In this document: positions 47,394 through 56,405 of the stretch, one piece after another
Layout: each line of letters opens with the position of its first letter
Position numbering within the stretch: position 1 is the stretch's first letter
Translations under genes and position numbers: made by a program
NCBI GenBank assembly: GCA_002455955.1
Contig: DKLZ01000016.1
Coordinates: 1,356-65,355 of the forward strand
Length of the DNA stretch: 64,000 nucleotides
Reading direction: 5' to 3'
From: Dehalococcoidia bacterium UBA6627
GTDB lineage: Bacteria; Chloroflexota; Dehalococcoidia; UBA2979
Notes under the pieces: model-generated
Databases searched by the model: none
The model's input: only the letters and a program-made list of their open reading frames with translations
Told to the model about the DNA's origin: nothing

Positions 47394-48101
47394 ATGTGCG
47401 GTCGTTTCACCCTTACCATCGAGAACTTCGAGCTGATTATGTCTTCGCTCGAAGTGAGCACTTCTGATATCGAATCTTCTTGGAAGCCACGCTGGAATAT
47501 TGCGCCAACGCAAGAGCATTTGATTCTCCACTCGATCAGTGGAGGCGAGGATCGTCAGCTCTCCAGGTCAAAGTGGGGATTGATCAGCGATCGGTATCGG
47601 AACCGTAGCACGACAGGTGTACAGATTAATGCGCGCGCAGAGTCACTAGAGGTTCTTTCCACCTATCAGGAAATGTTTCAAAAGGGGCGTTGTCTGATTC
47701 CGGCAGATGGATTCTATGAATGGTCGCGAGGGACAGGTTCGCGGCGACCATTCTGGTTTCATCGTCCGGACTACCGAATGCTGTTGTTTGCGGGCCTTTT
47801 CACCAAGTTGAAAAGCACCAGTCAGTCTCTACCGGCGACTACCTTTGCAATCATAACTACACAGGCGAACGGACCGATCAGCCGGATACACGATCGGATG
47901 CCAGCAATTATCAATGATCACGATGCGGATGATTGGCTCGCTCTCGGACAGTCCGCAGAACGTCTCCGTGATCTGTTGCACCCGGCATCGCCGGATACGC
48001 TTCAAGCACGTGCCGTCTCTCGTCGAGTGAATGCGATCACGACTGAAGGACCGGACTGTCTTGCTGAAGTTGAAGAAGAAACGCAGGGGGCATTGTTCTG
48101 A
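47394..48101 (+). CDS. SOS response-associated peptidase (SRAP/YedK family, abasic-site DNA-protein crosslink)
   Basis: The ORF is open from 47322. The family requires N-terminal Met-Cys, and 'MCGRFTL' begins at ATG 47394. Also 'WNIAPTQ', 'GFYEW' and 'IHDRMPAII'. Confidence 0.85.
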   Translation: MCGRFTLTIENFELIMSSLEVSTSDIESSWKPRWNIAPTQEHLILHSISGGEDRQLSRSKWGLISDRYRNRSTTGVQINARAESLEVLSTYQEMFQKGRCLIPADGFYEWSRGTGSRRPFWFHRPDYRMLLFAGLFTKLKSTSQSLPATTFAIITTQANGPISRIHDRMPAIINDHDADDWLALGQSAERLRDLLHPASPDTLQARAVSRRVNAITTEGPDCLAEVEEETQGALF

Positions 48102-48144
48102 TGGATGCCATCTTTGTGCGCAGTTGAGGTCATGGACTTACGTG

Positions 48145-48645
48145 CTACGACTTACTCACGGACGTTTCTCTCGTGAACACCTTCTTCAGGCCAGGAAAGA
48201 GCTGACGGGTATCGGCAATCTCGAGGCGGTCGATATCACTGCTGGTGGTGACAAAACGCTGCAGCCAGCTTCCAATCGGTTGTGAAGCAATAGTAGCCAG
48301 CATCGCAAATGTAGCAGCGTTGATGAATGTATCACCACGAGACTGCCGTTCAGTGCGATGTTCCGTCCCTAAGACGACAGCGGCGGTTAAGAATCCTGTT
48401 ATCAGGATGTTCGTACCACATAATGGAGAGACGACGAGCTCGCGCTGTCCTTGTTGGATTCGATTTAGAGCCTCGCGTGCACATTCGTCTAGAACTTCTA
48501 GATCCACGTCACCGATTATGAAAAAGCCATTCTCTCCTGCTCGCCCGGCGATCCGCTGTGCTCCATAGCGTTCAAAAAGAACGGTCACGGTAGCGTGCTC
48601 TAACCCATGATTACGGCGGATTGCGTTGATCCAGCCTCTGAGCAT
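48145..48645 (-). CDS. Hypothetical protein (two predicted TM or hydrophobic segments; 'HGLEHAT' motif)
   Basis: 166-aa ORF with a GAGGA RBS. No family recognised by eye. Confidence 0.55.
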   Translation of the reverse strand: MLRGWINAIRRNHGLEHATVTVLFERYGAQRIAGRAGENGFFIIGDVDLEVLDECAREALNRIQQGQRELVVSPLCGTNILITGFLTAAVVLGTEHRTERQSRGDTFINAATFAMLATIASQPIGSWLQRFVTTSSDIDRLEIADTRQLFPGLKKVFTRETSVSKS

Positions 48646-48694
48646 GGAGATCCCGTCCTCGATTATAGATATTCAACGACAAATATAGAGATGC

Positions 48695-50047
48695 TCATGG
48701 TGAACGGCTGGTTCCGGGTGCAGCAACTTCAAATTCGGCGAATACATGAACCTTGATTTCTGTTGAGCCTGATGCATTCGGAGATGCGATCACAACTGTT
48801 CCCGAGGCATTTGTAGCACTCAGTAGCGTCGGATTAATGGTGATCGTGAATTCGCCGTCAGGACAACCTGCTGCGGAGCACGGTGTTCCGTTACCAACCG
48901 CGCTACCGGCTGGTGGATCTACGACTAGGAAGCTGTCAGACGGTATTGCAGACCACGATAGGATGCGAGTTCCTGGATTTGCGACACGAATCGTTGCACT
49001 TTTTTGCGCGGGCGTTCCATTCACATGTATCGTCACGGAGTCGTCGTTTACTCTTAATCGTGGCTCGCCTATCAGTTGGGCAGCTTGGTCGTTCGATGTT
49101 AACGGGATTTGAGTTCGGTGTGCGGGTTGCGGTGTAGGGATATCCATTGCTTGATAAGGAGAAGTAAAGTTTGCCAGTCCGATCGCATTAAAGAACTGAG
49201 GTTGAGTGAAATCCGGAAGAGTTACTGGAACAGGTACCCAGAGGTCATTACCACCTCGTTCAGCCGGATTTGCCATGCAGCCGATGACTAGTTCCTGATA
49301 GGGATAACGTGATCGTGATTGTGTTCCATCGCAGAGATATTTGGCTCGTGGCCAGCTGAGATTTGGATCTAAGGGATGGTTACTCTTCTTGGATCCGAGA
49401 CTCGTGAAACCGTTATAGCTCCAGATTGCGTAGTACCAGTTTTCGAGCAATGTAGGGTCGCCAGCAGTGTCGGTGCCGACGATCGGTCGCGAGCTGGGTG
49501 CGTCATTCCATTTCGCAGCAAGGATACGGGCGCCGCGAGCGATATTGTGTGCGTCGCTTGTGGCTACCGCGATCTGGTTATCGCTGGGATGTCCTGCAGT
49601 ACCCAGCGGAACAGTCATTCCACTAGTTACTTGCATGATTCCATGGCCGCAGTCGAAAGAAACGAGAGCGGGGCCAATAGATTCGAAGCGCGTTGATTTC
49701 GATGCCATCGTTAGAGAGGATTCCACCCAACCGATTGCCCGTAGGACTTCTACCGGAATCGCTGCAATGCCATCGGCTCGATTACTACGTGTTCCAACTT
49801 CTACCGCCGGTAGCCTGAAGAAAGAATCACTCGGAAAAAGGCGATTTTGCGAAGCTGCATCGATCATAAGTAAGTAGCGATTGCGAAGCGCATCTGCCTC
49901 GTAGGCTGTGGGGCGTAGCGGATCGAATGCACATGCTTCTGCAGTTGGAGTTGTGTTACGTATTCCTAAAACTAATGCACCGAGAATGAAGCCGAGCAAC
50001 AACGCTCGGTGGATAGTCCTGGAAGCGTGTCCCGCGGGCCTATGCAC
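48695..50047 (-). CDS. Secreted or membrane-anchored lytic transglycosylase (SLT) domain protein with a C-terminal beta-sandwich region
   Basis: 450 aa. N-terminal hydrophobic segment 'ALLLGFILGALVLGI'. SLT motifs in order: 'AIGWVESSL' (catalytic Glu-Ser), 'GHGIMQV', 'AHNIARGARILAAKW', 'WSYNG'. Confidence 0.65.
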   Translation of the reverse strand: MHRPAGHASRTIHRALLLGFILGALVLGIRNTTPTAEACAFDPLRPTAYEADALRNRYLLMIDAASQNRLFPSDSFFRLPAVEVGTRSNRADGIAAIPVEVLRAIGWVESSLTMASKSTRFESIGPALVSFDCGHGIMQVTSGMTVPLGTAGHPSDNQIAVATSDAHNIARGARILAAKWNDAPSSRPIVGTDTAGDPTLLENWYYAIWSYNGFTSLGSKKSNHPLDPNLSWPRAKYLCDGTQSRSRYPYQELVIGCMANPAERGGNDLWVPVPVTLPDFTQPQFFNAIGLANFTSPYQAMDIPTPQPAHRTQIPLTSNDQAAQLIGEPRLRVNDDSVTIHVNGTPAQKSATIRVANPGTRILSWSAIPSDSFLVVDPPAGSAVGNGTPCSAAGCPDGEFTITINPTLLSATNASGTVVIASPNASGSTEIKVHVFAEFEVAAPGTSRSP

Positions 50048-51173
50048 CGGACCAGCCTAGGAATAATAGGTCGCTGGTCGCGGTAATTTCCACTCGAGTA
50101 GATGCGCCCCCTAAGATCACAAGTGTTTCGTCCCCTGGGTCACGTGAACCGGTTCCACTAAAGTGTCTAACAGCAAGATAAGTGCCGTCGACGCTCCAAC
50201 CGAGAGGGACATCAAACCCAACAGGTGCAGCAGGAAGGATAATTTTTTCAGATGCGGTGATCACAATTGGTGCCGAACCCGATGAACTATTCGTGGAACA
50301 TCCGATTGCTAGAGAACCGTCATATCGCCAGCGGGGAGAGTATTGTTCACCTCGGCTCGTATCTACTGGCGCTGTGATATTGCCTTCGTTAAGCGAGACG
50401 ATCTGTGCTTGGTGAATGATTTGCTCACGCTCAAGCACAGGAGTCACAAATGCGACCGCATTACCATCAGGTGCGACAGTCCAGTCACGAGCAATTTCAT
50501 CCGAGGCGTGGAGCAGTACTTCCAGATTGGAGCTTTCGGTAACACGCAGGAGATCGGTACCTGATGGGGAGATGCGTGTGAACAGAAGATTCCCTTTCTC
50601 ATCAAAGCCTATCGGGAATACTCCGAACTCTGATTGATCGGTATGAAGTACGCGTCGAGTTCTGGTTTCTAAGTCGACACGGATTAGTGATTGAGCTCCA
50701 CTATCCTCGGTTCGTCGGTAGACAAGTATCCCACCATCTTCTCGTAGTATCGGAGCTACTAACAGGTCCGCGTCACGTGCAAGACGTACTTTCGAGGTGG
50801 TTTTGATATCGAGCACCCATAGTTCGGCTGCGCTACTTCTGTCAGGTTGTATGTCAGAAGGGAGGACGGTGAAGGCAGTACGCCCGGCAACCATTTCAGG
50901 TGCTGGATTAATCCCCCATCCATCGGCGTGTGGTACTGACTGGATTAGAGTTAATGACTCTGGATTGGCCGCAGGAGCAATTAAAATTTTGTCGACTGTG
51001 CTACCAAATTCGGCAAATACTAGTAGTGGTTCCTCCATCACGACCGGTCTATAGGGTGACTCGCTGGACTCGCGTAATGCAGCAAACAGAATGGCGATCG
51101 CTGCCAGAGCCAGCAGGGCAGCTGATACGGAAAGAGCGCGACCAAACCGTGGTAGGCGAGGTTGAGAAACCAT
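50040..51173 (-). CDS. Membrane-anchored beta-propeller (PD40/TolB-like repeat) protein
   Basis: 377 aa. N-terminal anchor 'ALSVSAALLALAAIAILFAAL'. Repeated 'xPDGxxxAF'-type blades: 'VAPDGNAVAFVTP', 'WSVDGTYLAVRH', 'WRYDGSLAIG'. Overlaps the SLT gene by 8 nt. Confidence 0.55.
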   Translation of the reverse strand: MVSQPRLPRFGRALSVSAALLALAAIAILFAALRESSESPYRPVVMEEPLLVFAEFGSTVDKILIAPAANPESLTLIQSVPHADGWGINPAPEMVAGRTAFTVLPSDIQPDRSSAAELWVLDIKTTSKVRLARDADLLVAPILREDGGILVYRRTEDSGAQSLIRVDLETRTRRVLHTDQSEFGVFPIGFDEKGNLLFTRISPSGTDLLRVTESSNLEVLLHASDEIARDWTVAPDGNAVAFVTPVLEREQIIHQAQIVSLNEGNITAPVDTSRGEQYSPRWRYDGSLAIGCSTNSSSGSAPIVITASEKIILPAAPVGFDVPLGWSVDGTYLAVRHFSGTGSRDPGDETLVILGGASTRVEITATSDLLFLGWSGA

Positions 51174-51404
51174 GAGATTTTACGGCTATCTACAAATCTC
51201 TAGTTACTGCATACCCCGCCAGAGGCAGCAACCTGTATGAGCCGTTTGGTAGCCTTTTTCCCTTTTGTGAATGGTAGTCGGCACGAATTGTATGCGTTCC
51301 TACACAATTTACGATATGGAGCGTCTCTAGCCACTGTCAACGGAGTTCGAGAATCTACTGTCGATCGATTTCGATTGGCGGTGCCTTATTGCTAGGCTGA
51401 TGTT

Positions 51405-52142
51405 GTGATCATTCGTTATCTTTCGGTTCTTGGGGACGCTCCACAGGTCTTTGTGATCCTAATTGGTGCATTTGCATTTTCCTTGTTCGCCGGGTTGACG
51501 ATCCATGAGTTTTCACACGCCTTTGTAGCCGATTCGCTCGGTGATTCTACTCCACGTCGATTCGGTCGATTGTCGCTTAATCCAAGACGTCATCTCGATC
51601 CGATCGGAACGTCGATGATATTTCTGGTCGGCTTCGGTTGGGCAAAGCCAGTCCCGATCAATCCGATGGCAACGAGAGATCCCAAGCGAACGATGGCATT
51701 GACATCGGTTGCTGGCCCTGCCTCAAACATGGTGATTGCAGGTATCGCTGGATTCCCGATCAATGCAGGATGGGTACCGTTCTATCATCCCTTTGTAAGC
51801 TCGACGCTCGCAACGCATTACGCGGAACTTTGGACTAGTTCACCACAGGATCTTATTGGTTTGTTTCTTGGTACCGTCGTGTTACTGAATGTGATTCTGG
51901 CAGTCTTTAATTTGATTCCAATCGCTCCATTAGACGGGTTTAATCTTGCTGTGGGCTTGCTACCTTCAGAACTTTCGATGCGACTTGCTCGAACCGCGCG
52001 ATGGGGCCCTGGAATTTTGATGTTGCTGATCCTTATGCCGTTTTTTGTAGGTGTTAGCCCATTGTTCTCGGTAATGAGTCCGTTGATTGATCTGCTCTTG
52101 GATGCCTTTGTAGGGAATGCTACAGATCTTAGGTTTGGCTGA
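51405..52142 (+). CDS. Site-2 protease family (M50) zinc metalloprotease
   Basis: 245 aa polytopic. HExxH in a TM helix, 'LTIHEFSHAFVAD'. Second motif 'NLIPIAPLDG'. Confidence 0.8.
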   Translation: MIIRYLSVLGDAPQVFVILIGAFAFSLFAGLTIHEFSHAFVADSLGDSTPRRFGRLSLNPRRHLDPIGTSMIFLVGFGWAKPVPINPMATRDPKRTMALTSVAGPASNMVIAGIAGFPINAGWVPFYHPFVSSTLATHYAELWTSSPQDLIGLFLGTVVLLNVILAVFNLIPIAPLDGFNLAVGLLPSELSMRLARTARWGPGILMLLILMPFFVGVSPLFSVMSPLIDLLLDAFVGNATDLRFG

Positions 52143-52160
52143 CGTGCTCCCGATTTACGA

Positions 52161-52697
52161 ATGCACACACCTGTGCTAATTGGGCACTGTGTGTACCGTG
52201 CTCATCAGTTTCTGGATGGATTTCGAACATCGATTGCATCTCGAGATTTAGAGCGTATCGCTTCTTTATTGTCTGAAAATGAAACGCAAATTTTCTTTTC
52301 GATGCAGCCGCGAGATCGTCGGCACGGTGTCGAAACTATGCGACATGTTGATCGGTTGGCCTCGGAGCACGGAATGGTCGCAACAGATGAATTGTTGATC
52401 GCCGCACTACTGCATGATGCAGGGAAAGGTGTTATTCGAATTGAAGATCGCGTCATCTATGTGCTGCTAAATAATCTAGCGCCTGATTTATTGAATAGAT
52501 TTGCGCAAGCTGAGGGTGTTCGCTGGAGGTCGGCATTATGGCGCCTTTGCCACCATGCGGAACTTGCCGCTTCTCAATTCGAACAAATAGGGCTCTCACG
52601 TCGAGTGATTGAACTAACAGCAGCTCATCATCAAGGGGAAACTACAGATGGGGATTTTGAGTTGGCGTGGTTGATTGAGGCAGATGCAACTTTATAG
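52161..52697 (+). CDS. HD-domain phosphohydrolase
   Basis: 178 aa. 'RRHGVETM' (His) and 'AALLHDAGK' (HD). Confidence 0.7.
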   Translation: MHTPVLIGHCVYRAHQFLDGFRTSIASRDLERIASLLSENETQIFFSMQPRDRRHGVETMRHVDRLASEHGMVATDELLIAALLHDAGKGVIRIEDRVIYVLLNNLAPDLLNRFAQAEGVRWRSALWRLCHHAELAASQFEQIGLSRRVIELTAAHHQGETTDGDFELAWLIEADATL

Positions 52698-52802
52698 CCT
52701 GCTTCGCACTGCACCAAGTAATACTGGGCTCGGTGTACCATCGCTCGAAGACAAGCTGACCGCTGACTGCGCTGAACTTAAGGGAACTTAAGGGGTGTGT
52801 TT

Positions 52803-53834
52803 ATGACTCAGATTGCGATCTTGGGTACAGGCTTGATTGGCGCATCGATCGGACTAGCGTTGAAAGCCAATGACCGTCTGGATGGCATCGACATCATTGG
52901 CTACGACCGAGAGAAGAAAAATCTAAGTCGCGCGAAGAAGATAGGGGCAGTCGATCGCAGTGAGAAAAACATAACTAAGGCTGTGCGCGATGCGAGCATA
53001 ATTGTCTTGGCTGCACCGGTACTCGCCAATCATCGAATGATCGAGGAAGTTGCCTCACATCTGAATCCAGGTGTTGTTGTGACTGATACCGGTTCGACAA
53101 AGGCCGCCACGATCAAAGTTGCACACGAGAACCTGCCAGAGGGAGTTAGCTTCGTTGGTGGGCATCCGATGGCAGGTAAGACCGAAGTTGGTCCAGATAA
53201 TGCAAGCGCCGAATTGTTTCAGGACGCTCGGTGGGTTGTTTCAGCTCCCTCTTGGGCTTCGGAAGTGTCTGTGAAAGCAGTGCTTGGCCTTGCTGAAGCA
53301 GTTGGCGCAGTTCCAGTGATCATGGATGCGGATGAACATGATGCCTATTTGGCAGCAGTGTCCCATTTGCCAATGTTATCCGCTCAGGCGATGTTTAGAC
53401 TCGTTCGGCGGTCTGAAGCATGGCCTGAGCTTGGTCAGTTGGCTGCAGGTGGATTCAAGAGTTCGACACGCTTAGCTGCGACGGATCCCTCTATGGCGTA
53501 CGACATACTTACTACGAATAAGGAACAAACTGTCCACTGGCTCGATCGCTTCATTGACGAGCTGCAGGAAATGCGAGGTCAGCTTCAGGATGCTGACCAA
53601 GAGATTCTTTTTCAGGAAATAGCGCAAGTCGAACTTGACTATAGCGCCTTCCAGATTGGTGCGTTTCGTCGTGAAAGTAAGACCGATTCTGCTATGGACC
53701 GAGCGAAACTCGATTTCAGCTCGTTGCTAATTGGAGAGTTGGCGAGAGAAAAGATTGCTCAAATTACGCGTGATTCCGAAGAGCGTCTTAAAGAGATCGA
53801 AATTGAAGATCGGATGAGACGTAACATCGACTAA
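52803..53834 (+). CDS. tyrA: Prephenate (or arogenate) dehydrogenase
   Basis: The ORF is open from 52797. ATG at 52803 has an AAGGGG RBS. Rossmann 'IAILGTGLIGASIG', 'TDTGSTK', 'FVGGHPMAG'. Confidence 0.85.
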   Translation: MTQIAILGTGLIGASIGLALKANDRLDGIDIIGYDREKKNLSRAKKIGAVDRSEKNITKAVRDASIIVLAAPVLANHRMIEEVASHLNPGVVVTDTGSTKAATIKVAHENLPEGVSFVGGHPMAGKTEVGPDNASAELFQDARWVVSAPSWASEVSVKAVLGLAEAVGAVPVIMDADEHDAYLAAVSHLPMLSAQAMFRLVRRSEAWPELGQLAAGGFKSSTRLAATDPSMAYDILTTNKEQTVHWLDRFIDELQEMRGQLQDADQEILFQEIAQVELDYSAFQIGAFRRESKTDSAMDRAKLDFSSLLIGELAREKIAQITRDSEERLKEIEIEDRMRRNID

Positions 53835-53867
53835 CGATTTTCGAGTGAACGATTCTGGAGGGACACT

Positions 53868-55178
53868 ATGACCAGTGGCACCGTGTCACGCACAGTTAGT
53901 GGTGCGCAGAAACTCCGTGGTGAATTGCGTGTTCCCGGTGACAAATCGATTACTCACCGTGCTTTGATGTTTAATGCCTTGGCTTCCGGGCGCTCGCGAG
54001 TTGATGGCTTTCTCGATGCTGCTGATACACGATCAACAATCGCATGTCTACGCGCACTTGGTGCAGTGATCGAAGAAGAACCCGACGGGTCTGTCACAGT
54101 CGAAGGCCATGGACGGTCCGGTATGAGAGAGCCATCCGATGTACTCGATTGTGGTAATGCCGGTACGACGATGCGATTACTTGCGGGAGTCGTATCCGGC
54201 TTAAAAGGTCTCTATGTCTTGACAGGTGACGGTTCACTACGAAGACGCACGATGGCACGCATTGTGCAGCCGCTGAATGCTTTGGGAGCGAGAGTTAATG
54301 CACGCGCTGCAGGTAAGTTCCCGCCGCTTGTGGTTGAAGGTAGTCAGATCATCGGTGGACAGAAACTTATTACAGACGTGGCCTCTGCTCAGGTTAAATC
54401 AGCATTACTTCTTGCGGGGTTGGCGGCCGATGGACCAACAACTGTTGTTCAACCGGCGCAAACCCGTGATCACACGGAGAGGCTTCTCACAGCGATGGGT
54501 GCTGATATTGAGATTCAGGGGAACGCCCTTACCGTGACACCACCTAATCGCGATCTAGAGGCAGTAGATGTAAGTGTGCCCGGTGACATCAGTACAGCTG
54601 CGGGTTGGATCATCGCGGCGACAGTGCATCCTGATGCTGAGTTGCTTTTGCGAGGTGTCGGTGTAAATGCGACCCGTAGCGGGATCATCGATGTCTTACG
54701 CTCGATGGGTGCCGATATTGAGTTTTCAGGAGAACATATCGTAGGCGGTGAACCGGTCGCAGACCTCTTTGTTCGTTCCGCAGTATTGCATGGGGTAGAA
54801 ATTGGGAGCGAGTTGATTCCTCGCGCGATTGATGAGCTTCCACTCATAGCGCTGGCAGGTGCGTGTGCAGATGGCGAGACTGTAATTTGTGATGCAGAGG
54901 AGTTACGCGTCAAGGAATCGGATCGAATCGCGACCACATCCACCGTACTTCGCGCTTTTGGCGCTGAGCTAGAGGAGCGTCGCGATGGTTTTCGTATTGT
55001 TGGAGGAGCCTCGCTGCGACCTGCTACGGTCGATTCCGCATCTGATCATCGTGTCGCGATGCTAGGTGCGATAGCAGGTCTACTGGTGGATGGAGACACG
55101 ACAGTGACTGGCGCTGATGCGGTGTCTGTGTCGTATCCTGATTTTTGGTCGGACCTTAGTCGGATTAGTGGTGTCTGA
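53868..55178 (+). CDS. aroA: 3-phosphoshikimate 1-carboxyvinyltransferase (EPSP synthase)
   Basis: 436 aa. 'LRVPGDKSITHRALMF', 'LDCGNAGTTMRLLAG', 'LRVKESDRI', 'DHRVAM'. Confidence 0.9.
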   Translation: MTSGTVSRTVSGAQKLRGELRVPGDKSITHRALMFNALASGRSRVDGFLDAADTRSTIACLRALGAVIEEEPDGSVTVEGHGRSGMREPSDVLDCGNAGTTMRLLAGVVSGLKGLYVLTGDGSLRRRTMARIVQPLNALGARVNARAAGKFPPLVVEGSQIIGGQKLITDVASAQVKSALLLAGLAADGPTTVVQPAQTRDHTERLLTAMGADIEIQGNALTVTPPNRDLEAVDVSVPGDISTAAGWIIAATVHPDAELLLRGVGVNATRSGIIDVLRSMGADIEFSGEHIVGGEPVADLFVRSAVLHGVEIGSELIPRAIDELPLIALAGACADGETVICDAEELRVKESDRIATTSTVLRAFGAELEERRDGFRIVGGASLRPATVDSASDHRVAMLGAIAGLLVDGDTTVTGADAVSVSYPDFWSDLSRISGV

Positions 55179-55212
55179 TCACCGAGAATCAGTTCTCCTC
55201 AAGGAATCCAAT

Positions 55213-55488
55213 ATGACTGATCGCACAGAGTTGATACATGTCGGGTTCGACAATAGCCTTGCGTTGAATCGAGTGATTGCGGTTGCTTCCCCTACATCTG
55301 CACCCGCTAAACGGATGGTGCATCGTGCCAAACAGCAAGAGCGTGTAGTTGATCTAACGAGTGGCCGTCGTACCAAGGCAGTAGTGGTTTTAGAGAATGA
55401 CTGGGTGGCATTGATTGCTATCACACCAGAAACCTTTACCGGTCGGATAGCCTCAGGCCGGCACCCGTCTGACCAGCTCTCAACATGA
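55213..55488 (+). CDS. remA: RemA/DUF370 family regulatory protein
   Basis: The ORF is open from 55117, overlapping aroA. ATG at 55213 gives about 91 aa colinear with B. subtilis RemA: 'LIHVGFDNSLALNRVIAVASPTSAPAKRMV', 'GRRTKAVVVLENDWVALIAITPETF'. Overlaps gmk by 4 nt, matching the conserved remA-gmk pairing. Confidence 0.8.
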   Translation: MTDRTELIHVGFDNSLALNRVIAVASPTSAPAKRMVHRAKQQERVVDLTSGRRTKAVVVLENDWVALIAITPETFTGRIASGRHPSDQLST

Positions 55489-56123
55489 ATCAGAACATGG
55501 ATCGAGAAATCCAGACGCTCGTAAATGCGAGTGGCCCACCATTGATTGTCATTCTCTCGGGCCCTTCAGGTGTAGGTAAAGACGCGGTGATCGAGCGAAT
55601 GCTCGAACTTGATTATCCGATATCGATTCCTGCCACAATGATTACTCGGCCCCCACGAGAAGGTGAAATCGATGGGGTTCATCATGTTTTCGTAAGCGTC
55701 AAAGAATTCGGACTTCAGGTTGCTGCAGGTGAACTTCTGGAACATGCGCTTGTTTACGGTAACTGGTATGGCGTGCCACGTTCGCAAGTTCGTTCTGCAA
55801 TAGCAACTGGTAAACACGTTATGATTCGAGTCGATGTACAGGGAGCGGCTTCACTCCGAAACACTCTGCCTGATGCACCGTCTGTGTTTCTCGTGCCTGA
55901 CGATATCGCTAATCTGGAGGCGCACCTCCGTTCGCGAGGGTCCGAGAACGAAGACGAAGTACAACGCCGATTGTTTCAGGTTAAGCAAGAACTCTCTGAA
56001 GCCGAACATTTCGATTATGTCGTGGAGAACATCGAGGGAGATCTTGATGCTACCGTGCGGGCTGTAGCAAGCGTCATTTCTGCAGAAATCGAACGCCCCG
56101 ATCGTGTGGTGATCGAGGTTTAA
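55485..56123 (+). CDS. gmk: Guanylate kinase
   Basis: 212 aa. P-loop 'LSGPSGVGKD', 'TTRPPREGE..G..Y.F', 'YGNWYG'. Confidence 0.9.
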   Translation: MNQNMDREIQTLVNASGPPLIVILSGPSGVGKDAVIERMLELDYPISIPATMITRPPREGEIDGVHHVFVSVKEFGLQVAAGELLEHALVYGNWYGVPRSQVRSAIATGKHVMIRVDVQGAASLRNTLPDAPSVFLVPDDIANLEAHLRSRGSENEDEVQRRLFQVKQELSEAEHFDYVVENIEGDLDATVRAVASVISAEIERPDRVVIEV

Positions 56124-56405
56124 AGATGAAAATATCCCCAGTCAATTCGCACTGCGATGATTATTTTGAGATATCAGATGCGAGTGAGACTCATAACCCG
56201 GGTCGATCGAAGGAAGGTTGTTTATCCAAGTTTATTGATTTCATCTTGGTACCTTCATAACAACCGAGTCAGGAGCAACGAACGATGAGGGCCTTTATGT
56301 TTAACGTATCCGCCATATCGTTAGAAACCAAAAGGGATCCTGTTCTTGATCGATTCGGAAGAAACTTTTCAATCGAGGACAGTTGTGATCTTTACCATAT
56401 GATTC

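Noticed and set aside
56201-56220. 'GGUCGAUCGAAGGAAGG' resembles the SRP (4.5S) RNA domain IV string 'GGUCCGGAAGGAAGC'.
   Set aside because: The tetraloop would be GAAG, not GGAA/GNRA. The flanking sequence cannot form the conserved helix-8 symmetric and asymmetric loops. I could not trace a complementary 3' strand.
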